Shown piece by piece: positions 41,184 to 53,227 of a DNA stretch of 64,000 nucleotides. The stretch is from Octopus vulgaris. Its lineage: Eukaryota. A program made the translations under genes and the position numbers. How positions within the stretch are numbered: the first letter of the stretch is position 1; each line of letters begins with the position of its first letter. The notes beneath the pieces were generated by a model. The model was given only the letters and a program-made list of their open reading frames with translations. It had not been told where the DNA came from and did no database searches. The stretch lies in the NCBI GenBank assembly GCA_951406725.2, contig OX597820.1:34410001-34474000 (forward strand), given 5' to 3'.

Positions 41184-41590
41184 TCTTTATTTTATTTGTT
41201 CTGAGTTCAAATTTTGCTGGTGTTAACTTTGTATTTCCCTCTAGCAGTTGATAAAATAAAAGTACCAGCGAAGTTCTGGGGTCATTGTAATCGACTCATC
41301 CCTCCCCTTAAAATTGCTGGCTTTGTGCTAAAATTTGAAACTTTATTATTATTATTATTATTGTTATTAAGTTGGTGAGATGGCAAAATTGTTTGCATGC
41401 CGGGCGAAATGCTTAGTGACTTTTCAACTGTCTCTATGCTCTGAATTCAAATTCCACTGAGGACGACTTTGCTTTTCACCCTTTTGGGGTTGATAAAATA
41501 AGTACCAGTTGAGTACTGGAGTTGATGCAATCAACTTAACCCCTCCTCCAAAATTGCTGACCTTGTGCCAAAATTTGAAACCATTATTAA
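39278..41590 (+). mobile_element. Head-to-tail chain of SINE B copies separated by (TTA)n
   Basis: Copies start near 39278, 40179, 40552, 40820, 41198 (partial) and 41368; each is preceded and followed by TTA repeats. Confidence 0.85.
39524..40003 (-). mobile_element. 5'-truncated R4/Dong-like non-LTR retrotransposon (RLE domain + 3' UTR) in a TAA/TTA repeat
   Basis: IKDQTKRMCLLIDMSIPCDHNIVAKEFDKISKYKDL..EIEKMWHLKATTVPVIVGSLGMI... is the restriction-like endonuclease C-terminus of the R4/Dong clade. TAA/TTA repeats lie at both ends. Confidence 0.8.
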
Positions 41591-41624
41591 GAAGAGTAGT
41601 AGATTGGTGGAATTATTGGTGCAT

Positions 41625-43885
41625 TTGGAAAAAAAAAACGCCTTGCAATATTCTACTTCCATCTGGTAAATGGCTTTGCTCAATATGTAGAAAAGTAGTT
41701 GATAGAAATTCCATATAGTAAACACAGTACAAACACAGATACATAAGAGGTGCAGTGGTGTCATAGAAGAGGTTAACTGAGAAAGCAGGCTTTGCATGTG
41801 GCAAATAAAGAGCACTCCGTCGGTTATGACGATGAGGGTCCCAGCTGATACGATCAATGGAACAGCCTGTTCGTGAAATTAATGTTCAAGTGACTGAGCA
41901 ATCCACAGACACGCATATCCCTAACATAGTTCTTGGGGAGATTCAGCGTGACACAAAGTGTGACAAGGCCAACCCTTTGAAATACAGCTGAGTTGACTAG
42001 AACAATGGGAAATAAAGTGTCTTGCTCAAGGACACAACGCGTTGCCAGGGATCAAACTCATGATCTTACGATCGTGAGCTGAATACCCTAACCACTAAGC
42101 CACGCGCTTTCACATGTGGCAAATACACAGGAGTTAAAAACACCAAGATCACAAAGTAAATAGATGTGCTCAAATGTCCAGGTGGATCCCTAGAGGTAGT
42201 AGATAAACACCAAGAGTACAAGGTAAATAGATTTACTCAGATGTACAGGGAGATACTTAGAGGTAGTTCATAGTTTCTATTACCTAGGTAACCTAACTCG
42301 TGTTAAAGAAGAATGTTCTGAAGGAATAGCTGCTAGAATGTAAACCAATTGGAGAATGTTAAGAGGGTTGTTATCTGTTGGTAATAGAAGGTTTCTCCCT
42401 CAGAGTGAAAGGCAGATTGTAACATATTTGTATACAAACTATGTGGTAGAAACATGGGCCCTGAATGGAGAGGACGTGCAAAGCCAAGAAAGAAATGAAG
42501 CTAGTATGCTTTACTGAATGTGGAATTTTAGCATGCATGTATGACAAAGTGCAAATGTGTTCAAAGAAAAAAGGGGCATAAGAGGCATCAGAGAAAAGAC
42601 TGCATTGGTATGGACATATGTTTAATATGGATGAGAACTGTTGTATAAAGAAGTACTGGTTGTTTAATGTGGATGGAGCTTGTGGAAGAGAGAGAAAGAG
42701 CATGTCTTCCTAGCTCTCAAAATTTTGAACCTCATGAGTGTATAAAAGATTGAGATTAATGCCAATATGTGGTGCTCAAAAAGACCTACCCATCACAATA
42801 ATACAGGCTTTGGAAACATAGTGTATATGCCCTCAACTAAGCCCTTCGCTCAACTTGTCCTTGATAAACCCTCTCCACAACCCCTTATCTTCCTATCACT
42901 TATTCCTCCATTCCTCTTAGCAGTATTCTACTGCTGTAATCAAATAAAGCAGAACTAAATATTTCATTTTTCTGTTTTTTCTACTTGTTATCTCTCCTTC
43001 TCCTGGGAACCACTTCTTTTGACATCCATCCTTCATTCTTAACATTGCCCTTCTCCACTCACATTTTCCATTGATCGCCCTTTTCGTGCTCCCGATTCTC
43101 TCTCTCCCTCCATTGAACCACCTATTGTTATCTGACCCTTAGGTACCTCTGGCCATCTCTATCACCGCTTATATCTCATTCTTTCCACACACTCTTTCAA
43201 CCTATCCAACACCCACATGTTATTCCCCTTTCTCTCATCTTTCCTGTACTGCCAGTCATCACTTCCTCTCTCCTTCCTTCTCTCTAACTCATTTACTATC
43301 GATCACACCTCTACCCTTACTTACCTTTCACCCACTCTTTTACTACTGCTCACTCCCTTCCTATGCCTTTGCTACCTCAACTCACTTGCCCTTCTCAATC
43401 TTCTGTCCCCATTCTCTCTTCTATTCACCTTTTTGTATTTTGAGAGCACACTCTGGCACCTTGTCATTACCATTTATCTCTCTATCCAGCTCCACCTTAC
43501 TCCAGCCTGCTTTTATAATATGCAAAGTAGCCAAGTGTCTCCTTTACAGCAAGAACACCTGTTTCTGTCTCTCTGGCACACTTTAATCTCATATCACCTA
43601 GCATAAAACCACCTCTTCTACTGTATTCCCACTCACTTGAAGGCTTTCTCTTTGCTTTGCGAATCCTTGGCTACCTCACTAGTACTAATGTCATGAAAAG
43701 ACAAAAAAGAAACACCCAATACACTCTGTAAAGTGGTTAGCATTAGGAAGGGCAACCAGCTGTAGAAACCATGTCAAGGCAGATTTTGGAGCTCAACACA
43801 GCCCTCTGGTTCATCCATTCCTGTCAAATAATTCAACCAATGCCAGCATCATGGAAAATTGACATTAAATTGTGGTGATGATGAT
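41625..43885 (+). mobile_element. Degraded, 5'-truncated RTE-clade LINE with a SINE nested at about 41800-42115(-)
   Basis: PSGKWLCSICRK.V.RNSI (41655-41715) and GFSLRVKGRL...ETWAL..EDV...ERNEASML (42390-42510) are RTE ORF2 motifs. A long pyrimidine-rich 3' region follows, then the ggaagggc-aaccagctgtagaaacc...gccagcat-ggaaaa-gacattaa-(gat)n tail. Confidence 0.7.
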
Positions 43886-43926
43886 AGTGTGTGTGTGTGT
43901 ATATGAATACAGCCCTTTGTCTAAAT

Positions 43927-44167
43927 CAGGGATGATCAGCCATTTTTTGCCTCTCTTACTCTTTTTCTTTTTTACTTGTTTCAGTCATTTGACTGCAGCC
44001 ATGCTGGAGCACTGCCATTAGTCAAGCAAATTGACCCCGGGACTTATTCTTTGGAAGCCTAGTACTTATTCTACTGGTCGCTTTTGCCGAACCACTAAGT
44101 CACGGGGACATAAACACACCACCATTGGTTGTCAAGTGATGTTGGTGGGATAAACACAGACACACAA

Positions 44168-44214
<47 letters not shown>

Positions 44215-44674
44215 CATATATACGACGGGCTTCTTTCAGTTTCTGTCTACCAAATCCACTCACAGGGCTTTGGTCAGCCCGAGACTATAGCAGAAGACAC
44301 TTGCCCAAGGTTCCACGCAGTGGGAATGAACCTGGAACCATGACGTTCGTAAGCAAGCTACTTACCACACAGCCACTCCTGTGCCTGTGAATCCCTTTCA
44401 TTCCTATTTTACTCTACTGAATTTCCATAGCCATTGGATGTTTGAATAAAATCCTATTAAATTTCTATAATTAAATATTATATTTAATTATATAAACAAC
44501 AGGAAGATGAACTATATTTAATTGTATTTCTATAATTAAATATTATTAGGAAGTGTACAAAATCAATTTTAAAAAAAAGACTTTTTGTCTAATGGCGAAG
44601 TGTAATCAATTTTATTGCACATAAATCTTATAAGGACCCCCAAGGGTCATACAAACCCTGGTTGAGAACCATTG
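43927..44674. mobile_element. hAT (Charlie-like) MITE with a nested SINE A; a second copy abuts from 44683
   Basis: Ends cagggatgatcagcc and ggttgagaaccattg, with an 8-bp flanking duplication gtctaaat/gtctaaac (43919-43926, 44675-44682). The internal sequence recurs at 44700-44780 and 45155-45280. Confidence 0.55.
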
Positions 44675-45944
44675 GTCTAAACTAGTGCTTCTCAATCATG
44701 GATCCTTTTGATCCCTATTTTACACGTCTGGACACTTGTAGCCATGCAATGTTTTTTTTTTTTTAAGAAGTCCTAGTCTTTTACTTGTTTCAGTCATTTG
44801 ACTGTGGCCATGCTGGAGCAAATCGACTCCAGGACTTATTCTTTGTAAGCCTAGTACTTATTCTATCGGTCTCTTTTGCTGAACTGCTAAGTTACAGGGA
44901 CGTGAACACACCAATATCGGTTGTCAAGCAATGTTGTGGAGACAAACACAGACACACAAACGTATACATACACACACACACACACACATATACGACATGC
45001 TTCTTTCAGTTTCCGTCTACCAAACCCACTCACAAGGCATTGGTCGGCCTCAGGCTATATAGTAGAAGACACTTGCCCAAGGTGCCACGCAGTGGGACTG
45101 AACCCGGAACCATGTGGCTGGTAAGCAAGCTACTTATCACACAGCCACTCCTATTATATTTTTATAATTAAATTTGATTAGATATTGTATAAAAAAACTT
45201 TTCAAATATCTTCTGTATTACAGAAGTGTAACCAATTTATTGTACGTAAATTTTATCAACAAAATCTTTTTTGAACCTCAAAACCTGCCAATCCAATGAA
45301 GCTGCATTTACATGGTCTTTTGACCTGCTAGACATGGCAGCTAATATCTCCCTCGAGCCACACCTTAGCCTCTTAGAGTAAAGGCATTCACAATTGATAT
45401 ACTGTAATAGCTAAAGATGAGAGACGGGATGGTCGTAGCTGGGAGATTTTCAATCATTACACTAAGTCAAGATTAATTTGGGTCTAAACAAAAGCAACAA
45501 TAAAACCAGACCTGTATCTGTCTATCTAATTGACATCCACATGTGTCTTTATTTGTTTGACAGCCACAAACCCTGTATTTAAACAGCCCTAAGGAAAATA
45601 TTACCGTTGCGTGTGGTAGAGTATCATCATCATCATCATGTCTGTGTGATTTTATTGCGTATGGTGTTTATGTGTGTAACTGTGCATTCACTATATATGT
45701 GTGTTGGAGAGAGAGAGAAAAATGTATATGTTTATGTGTATCTCTCTCTCCTATGTGTGTGTGTGTGTGTGAGTGAGAGAGAGAGAGATTACATACATGT
45801 ATCTAATTTTATTTTGTGTCTATCTATATATAGGTATGTGTGGTTTTACTGAGTGTGTATATGGTTACAGTATTTTACTATGTATGCACGTATAAATTAG
45901 ATATTCATGCACATACATACATGCTGTAAGCACACACTCATAGA

Positions 45945-46285
45945 TAAATAGACAGATAGACAAATAGATAGATAGACAAACAGATAGATAGATAGACAAA
46001 CAGATAGCTTGATAGACAGACAAACAGACAGACAGATAGATAAATAGATAGACAGACAGACAGATAGATAGATAGACAGACAGACAAACAGATAGACAGA
46101 CAAACAGATAGATAGATAGACAAATAGATAGACAGACAGACAAGCAGACAGACACAGACAAACAGATAGCTAGATAGACAGACAGACAAACAGATAGATA
46201 GACAGACAGACAAACAGATAAATAGATAGATAGACAGACAAACATAGATAGGTAGGTAGACAGATAGATAGATAGACTGATAAAT
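45945..46285. repeat. Compound (GATA/GACA)n tetranucleotide microsatellite
   Basis: Directly visible. Confidence 0.95.
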
Positions 46286-46621
46286 TGATATAAACATGCT
46301 GTTTTTAGCTTTGTTAATGTAATTTGAGATTCATTCCTAAAGTTAGTACAAAACACATTAAAAATCATTGCTTTTGTATAATTTTTTTTTATTTAAAAAT
46401 CCTCCCCCTCCACATTCTTCCTCTTCTAAATATTTCATTTCCCATTAACCAAGATTATGTAGTTTTCTGTTGTTTGTTGTTATTATCATGATTATCATCA
46501 TCATCATCATCATTGTCTTCGTAGTTATTGTCGTTGCGGTCATCATCATCATCATCATTATTATTATTATTATTATTATCATCATTATTATTATTATTGT
46601 TATTATTATTATTATTATTAT

Positions 46622-47021
46622 TAAGGCGATAAGCTGGCAGAATTGTTAGCACGCTGGATGAAATGCTTAGTTCTGAGTTCAAATTCCGCCTAGGTCGACT
46701 TTACCCTTTCATCCCTTCAGGGTCGATAAATTAAGTACCAGTTGAGTACTGGGGTTGATGTATTCGACTATCCCCATCTCCCAAATTTCAGGCGTTGTGC
46801 CTATAATAGAAAGGATTATTATTATTAAGGTGGCGAGTTGGCAGTATCATTAGCTTTGTGGCATTTTGTCCGTCTTCATGTTCTGAGTTCAAATTCCGCC
46901 GAAGTCAGCTTTGCCTTTCATCTTCTCGGGATCGATAAAGTAAGCGCCAGTTAAACACTGAGGTCATTGTAATCGACTGTACCCCTTTCATCAAAATTTT
47001 AGGCCTTGTGCCTGTACTAGA

Positions 47022-47052
<31 letters not shown>

Positions 47053-48550
47053 TTAAATGTATAGATTGTGATATCGGAAAGTGGAGGCATTTATTATTAA
47101 TTTCCAGTCAATTTTCCCTTGACTCGTCATTTAGTGAATGAAAAGATGATTTTTAGGTTAGATTTAATGAGGACGTTGTAATTACAGCAGTGGTGGTAGT
47201 GGTGGTGGGGTAGAATTTAATTACGAGTTGGTGGTGATATTGGGGAGGGGGAGATTCCGTGGTTATGGTTGCAACAGCATTGATCACATTTGCAAGCATA
47301 GCTGTGTGGTTTGAGAAGTTCGCTTCACAACTACACACGGTTGCATAGTTCGAACCCAGCGCACAGACTCAGCACCTGGAGGCAAGTATATTGTATTATA
47401 GCCACGAGTTAACCAATAACCTGTGATTTAGATTTGGTTGATGGGAACTATGAGGTGAAATGAAGGACCATTTGTACGTTTGAAAGTAAATCTAGTCTGT
47501 CAAAACACAAACTGCTATCGCAACCGCCACCACTACCACTACCACCACCATGACCATCTGATCTTTTAGAGAGTTTTGGTTGATGTTTTTAGTTGGTGGA
47601 GCAATCATACCATTGCATACATTTTTATTTTGCTTTCTACTTTTGAAGCATGTTGGTTGTGTTGTTGAAATACCCGTTTGGGGGTTAGTATGTGAAAGAA
47701 AAACAAAAAAAAAGTAGAGATGCATGGCTTAGTGGTTTGGGTGTTGGACCCATGATCGTGAGATTGTGGTTTCGGTTCCTGGACCGGGCGATGCGCTGTG
47801 TTCTTGAGCAAAACATTTCATTTCATGTTACTACAGTCCACTCAGTTGTAAATAGGAGTAATCTTGCGATGGACTGGCGTCCCATCCAGGGAGGAACATA
47901 TACACCAGAGAAACTGGGAAACCAACCCTGTACTCCTTACACTCCTGTGTAAAAGAAAAGTCATGTTATTTTTTGCAGTATAAAAGGCAGCGAACTAGCA
48001 GAATCATTAGCACACCATACAAAATTCTTAGCGGCATCTCGTCCGTTTTTACGTTTTGAGTTCAACGCCGAGGTTGACTTTGCTTTTTGGCGTACCAGTT
48101 GCGCAACAGGGGTCGATGTAATCGACTTACCCCTTATCCCCCGCACATGGCTTTGTGCCTATAATAGAAGGGATTATTATTATTATTAAGGCGGTGAGCT
48201 GGCGGAATCGTTGGCACGCTGGACGAATTGCGTAGCGGCATTTCGTCCGTCAATACGTTGAGTTCAAATTCCGCCGAGATCGAAGTTACTTTTCATCCTT
48301 TCGGAGTCGATAAATTAAGTACCAGTCAAGTACTGGGGTCGATGTGATCGACATGCCTCCTCCCCACAAATTTAAGACCTTGTGCCTATTGTAGAAAGAT
48401 TATTATTATTAGAATCGTTAGCACGCCAGTCAAAATACTTAGCGGTATTTCGTCCGTTTTTACGTTCTGCGTTCAAATAAATACCAGTTGAGTACTGAGA
48501 GCAATATAATCGACTATTCGCCTCCCCCAATATTTCAGGCCTTGTGCTTG
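46622..48550 (+). mobile_element. Further head-to-tail SINE B clusters
   Basis: Copies near 46622, 46827, 47983, 48187 and 48410, joined by short (TTA)n. Confidence 0.8.
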
Positions 48551-49411
48551 AAATATTGTGGGAGGATCGTTGTGCTATGGCCTTTTGCCATTAACGACTA
48601 TGGATAAAGGTTCTATTTGTCTACACCATTGAAACAGCATTGTCTGTGGTTGAACTCCCCTTTGCGCAAATGGTAGTCTCTGCCACACAAACCGCATTTG
48701 TGAGCTGTCCCGGTGCAGTTTGAGTTGCAGTGTTCTTTTTTTTTTATCTCACCATTTTATAGGGTGTTCGATGGTGTCCGAAGTTGTGCTGTATGGTATG
48801 AAAGACGGGTTGTTGTCCATGCAGCGTGTCCCTCCCTCCACGTCACTACTGATGGATCCAAACAGACAGCACGACCGTTACAATTTGACACTAACCAGTC
48901 TCATTGCAGGAGTTACCAGAACGAGGTTGTTGCCAGTTTCGAACTGCCTCAGGAGCTCCGACTCCAGGTTTTACCTCAGGGTTTATTCCCGGAGCCTTTT
49001 TACTGAGGCTGGGTATAGCATCAAAGCAGTGAAGGTTTGGAATTAGGGCTTCCCCTAGTTAGCATCTGAGGGCAACCCACTGAGAAGAAGGGAAATTCTA
49101 ATTCGCTGAAGCAGAGTTTCGACAGCCGAATGCCTTACCCGCTGCCAACACTCGTTTATTTCCAAGCAAAGTAATATTTCCCTATTGCAAGGTATATTTT
49201 CTTGAGAGTTTACTTTTCATCTTTCCGGGGTCGATTACATAAGTACCTGTCATGTATTGAAATAGATACTGATGTTTCCTAGTTTTTTTTCTCTCTCCCG
49301 TATTAGAACAGTGATTCTCAACATTTTTCGTTTCAGGCCCACCTCGATTTCCACTCCTACTCCAAAAATTTGCGTTCCACCATTTACGAACAAAGTATAC
49401 ATGCACACACA

Positions 49412-49576
49412 TACATACATACATGCACGCATGCATACGTACGTACGTACATACATACATACATACATACATACATACATACATACATACATACATACAT
49501 ACATACATACATACATACATACATACATACATACATACATACATACATACATACATACATACATACATACATACAT
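49412..49576. repeat. (CATA)n microsatellite
   Basis: Directly visible; more than 30 perfect units. Confidence 0.97.
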
Positions 49577-49934
49577 AAAGAACAGGTGAAGATTAGTAAC
49601 AGAAAAGACATTCGACCATAGAAAATCTGCTTCAACACAAAAATCCTCTGACCCATGCAGCATGCAAAAGTGGACGTTAAACGATGATGATGGTTACGAT
49701 TTAACTTCCATCAAATATTACTAATATACTTCTTAGAAAATGAAATGCTGCTTCATGCCTTTTTTATTTATCGTTTATTCAGAGGAGAAAAATAGCGTTT
49801 CTGACCCTTTTGAATATCCCTAGTAGGAGGGAGTAATCCTCAGGCCGAAGATATAGCCTTAATGTTTGGAACGTTAGGTACCGCTATAGTCACCCAATGG
49901 GCAAACAGTGACGTGTTGAACTGAGTGACAGCTA

Positions 49935-50590
49935 ACGTCTGTCACATGAGTGAGCTATTTTGTATTATGGGGTTAGACAAACGTGAAAAGCCATCATTAC
50001 ATAAGAATTGAAAAATCGGTAGTGAGGCTGTGACTGAGTTTTGAACCATCGACCCAGGTTCCCCAGATCAAGACCACGACCTGATATACTGTTATAAAAG
50101 GTAAGGCCACCTATGAAAAATTGTGTCATAAAAATATGGCATCGTTGACGTGAATATGGTTCGGTCAATCAAATTGGTTGGTGTTTATCCAAGCGAAGCA
50201 AAATCTTCCCGCCAAATATTATGGTCGAACCTTGATGTTTGTCACTTGAGTAAGCTATTATGGTATTAGGTTGATGACAGACGTGAAAAATTTCCAGTAA
50301 GCTAGAATTACATAAAAATTGAAAAATCTGTAGTGAGACTTCTGAGTTTTGAGCATTCACACTTAGGTTCCTCAGATCAAAGCCATCTATGAAAAATTGT
50401 GCAGTCATAAACAAATAAAAAGCATTATCGTGTACGCGAATATGACTCAGCCAATCAAATCGGTTGGTGTTTAATCAAGCGAACAGATGTCTTCCCGCCA
50501 AATAGTATGGTCGAACATTCTAGAAAAACTCTGTTGGGTTATATAACGCTGGCAAATTAACTCCTGGCAGCGCCATCTAGAAATATAAAT
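49935..50590 (+). promoter_or_regulatory. Candidate promoter: diverged tandem duplication of about 290 bp carrying CCAAT and E2F sites, then a CTCF-like motif and TATA
   Basis: TTCCCGCCAAA at 50206-50216 and 50492-50502; ATTGG 50173-50177; CCAAT 50451-50455; CAGCGCCATCTAG 50568-50580; TATAAA 50584-50589. No downstream coding exon identified. Confidence 0.4.
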
Positions 50591-51671
50591 GAAGCGATGT
50601 CGCTCTGCTCCGTTTGATGGTCTCTCATCCTCTTCTACGTTTTCTTACTGAACATCGTCCGTGGCCATTCAGAACTGTCGTTCAGTTTTATGATAAGGTG
50701 TTCTCACCTTATCTCTTCTTATTGTCTTTAATAACAATGAATAATGTTCATATAAACAGCTAAAATATTTTAACAATGAAGATTTGTTAACTGTCATATT
50801 CATTATCTCTTGTGTGATGTATTCAAATAATTGTTAAACATTCATAAATGCGAATGTTCCTGGTAATAAAAGTGATGCAAACTTATATAAATATTAGTTT
50901 GTGTCGTCATTCTCGCCTTCACATGCAGCTTACCTAATACTGTGTGCTATCAATTACGTGTTAACGATCAAAATCCACTAAAAATCCACTACACCAAAGT
51001 ATGTTTTGAATGTTTATTGATCAATACTATATTTTCGGCAATTGAATGTTTCCGTATTCAGCTTCAATAGTAATTGGTAATTCAAACACTGTTATTTTGG
51101 ATGGTTCACGTAATCTGTCGTCTGCTGAAAGCCATAATCAGTTTGTCGTCTGGCTAAAGCAATAAACAGTTTGAAAAAGAAAAAGGAAGACATTACGTAG
51201 ATATTTAAATGTTGATTGATAACATATGTCTAAAATTCTTCGATGATTTATTGGTTTTCAGCGCCCTTTGTACTATTAACGTCATATATCTTGCTGCATT
51301 TTAGTAAAATCAATCATTACAATTCGATTTCCGTTCAGAATGTGGTTGCCATATTTGCTGTTGTCGTTTAGCTTCGTGTCAACACTGATCGAACAGGCTT
51401 ATGATCAAGGCCATTCCAGTTGTGACCGTCCTGTCTTTTTAGTTGATTATAGAACAGCATTATTCAATGGTCGTTCTTGTTTTAAGGTTGTAGGATGTGA
51501 TTTGAGATAAATGTGGCTGGTGTTTTTATTCTCACTTTCACTGACTATAGATAAGGACCAACTCGATTGTCCTTTGTTATATCCTGAGAGACACAATGTT
51601 AAGGGGTTTTGGAAACTCATGCAGGATAAAGGTCATTGAGTTTATATATTTGTACTTATGTGTATGTGTTA

Positions 51672-51713
<42 letters not shown>

Positions 51714-51716
<3 letters not shown>

Positions 51717-52276
51717 CAACATAACTTACTGTGAATAAAACCTAGGGTGCAGTGTGTTCTGTTAATTAATACATTTTAAAAAGTATAGCAAATGCACAAA
51801 CGAAAAACACACACAGGATGGCAAGTTAAAAAACATAGTAAATGCACAGACGAATGGAAAACAGACACAGAAGGTCCCCCACTGGTCAGTTACCGGTCAG
51901 AGAATCAAACGTAATTTCGTGCCTTTAACGATAATATTAATTCCCTTCTGGTGGCGTCGACAAGAGCTGCCGGGAGAATGAGACCGAGAACAAACAAACA
52001 CAATATGGATAACAAGCTGTACAGAAGTGGATGTACGAAAATGAATAAAGGTAATTCAAGATGAGACCGTAAGTGGACGGATGAAGGACAAAAGCGCAAT
52101 AAATAAACAAACAGAATGTAGTCTCAAGACTAGATGAAAACGAATTATGGGTAACGCTAAGAGGGAAATCTTAAAGGATTGGAAACAGAAGAGTAACAAA
52201 CAGCGAAGACAGAAAAAATGTCAAACAGACAGATCGGTTCCTCTCCAATGTTTCGTAAATTCTTAAATATATCTCC

Positions 52277-52281
<5 letters not shown>
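51714..52281. mobile_element. Unclassified non-coding insertion bounded by (TA)n on both sides
   Basis: About 570 bp of complex, CpG-retaining, strand-skewed sequence between (TA)n at 51678-51713 and 52282-52338. Composition resembles the adjacent Penelope tail. Confidence 0.35.
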
Positions 52282-52340
<59 letters not shown>

Positions 52341-52436
52341 CGGGAAGCTTTATGAAATAGACAAAAGACGAAGGCAGGTGGGAAACAAACAAACAATTGT
52401 ATTAGTATGGCGCTCAGGAAATATAAATAAAACAAG

Positions 52437-52474
52437 TCTTTAACGTTTCGAGCCTACGCTCTTCAACAGAAAGA
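52437..52474 (-). ncRNA. Minimal type I hammerhead-like ribozyme motif (core variant)
   Basis: Minus strand UCUUU-CUGUUGA-A-GAGC-GUAG-GCUC-GAAA-CG-UU-AAAGA: 5-bp stem I, 4-bp stem II, palindromic ACGU stem III. The core has U in place of A6. Confidence 0.6.
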
Positions 52475-53227
52475 TACACAGAGAGAAAAAAAACACAGAA
52501 AGAAGGAGAGAAAAAAATGCGTGCAGTAACTAACGAATCAACATGGCGATCTGATTTCGGCCAGAGGTCAAAGATCAAACATGAGACGCGAGAGCGAAAT
52601 AAGGGGAGATAATAGGGTTGATAATAGGGTTGAATGACCAGCTCCGACATGAGGGTGTGTGTGTATGAGAGAGTATTAGTGCGTATGAGAGGTCTGGACG
52701 TGTGTATGTATAGGGTTGGTGTATGTATTAGTATGTATTAGTATGTATAAGGGTGTGTGTGTGTGTGTATGAGAGAGTATTAGTGTGTATGAGAGGTCTG
52801 GACGTGTGTATGTATTAGTATGTATTAGTACGTATTAGTATGTATAAGTGTGTGTGTGTGTGTGTATGAGAGAGTATAAGTGCGTATGAGAGGTCTGGAC
52901 GTGTGTATGTATAGGGTTGGTGTATGTATTAGTATGTATTAGTACGTGTTAGTATGTATTAGTTGGTGTATGTATTAGTATGGCACATCATATATGATGT
53001 GATGTGTAAAGTCGTGTGGTGTAGTGTGGAGAGAGGAGAAGAGGGGGAGGAGGGGGAGAGAGAGGAGGGGGAGGAGGAGGGGAAGGAGGAAAGAGGGAGA
53101 GAGAGAAGGGGAGTGAGGGAGCAGAGGGAAGGGGAAGAGGGAAGGAGGGAGGGAGAAAGAGGGAAGGGGAGTAGGGGTGAAAGGATGAAGGACTGAAGAG
53201 GTAGGGGTCGGGAGGGGGAGAGGGGGG

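Noticed and set aside
47718-47790. tRNA-like sequences with A and B boxes (also near 1088, 5210, 20805 and 25325)
   Set aside because: They are heads of SINEs, continuing into SINE core sequence without a proper acceptor stem.
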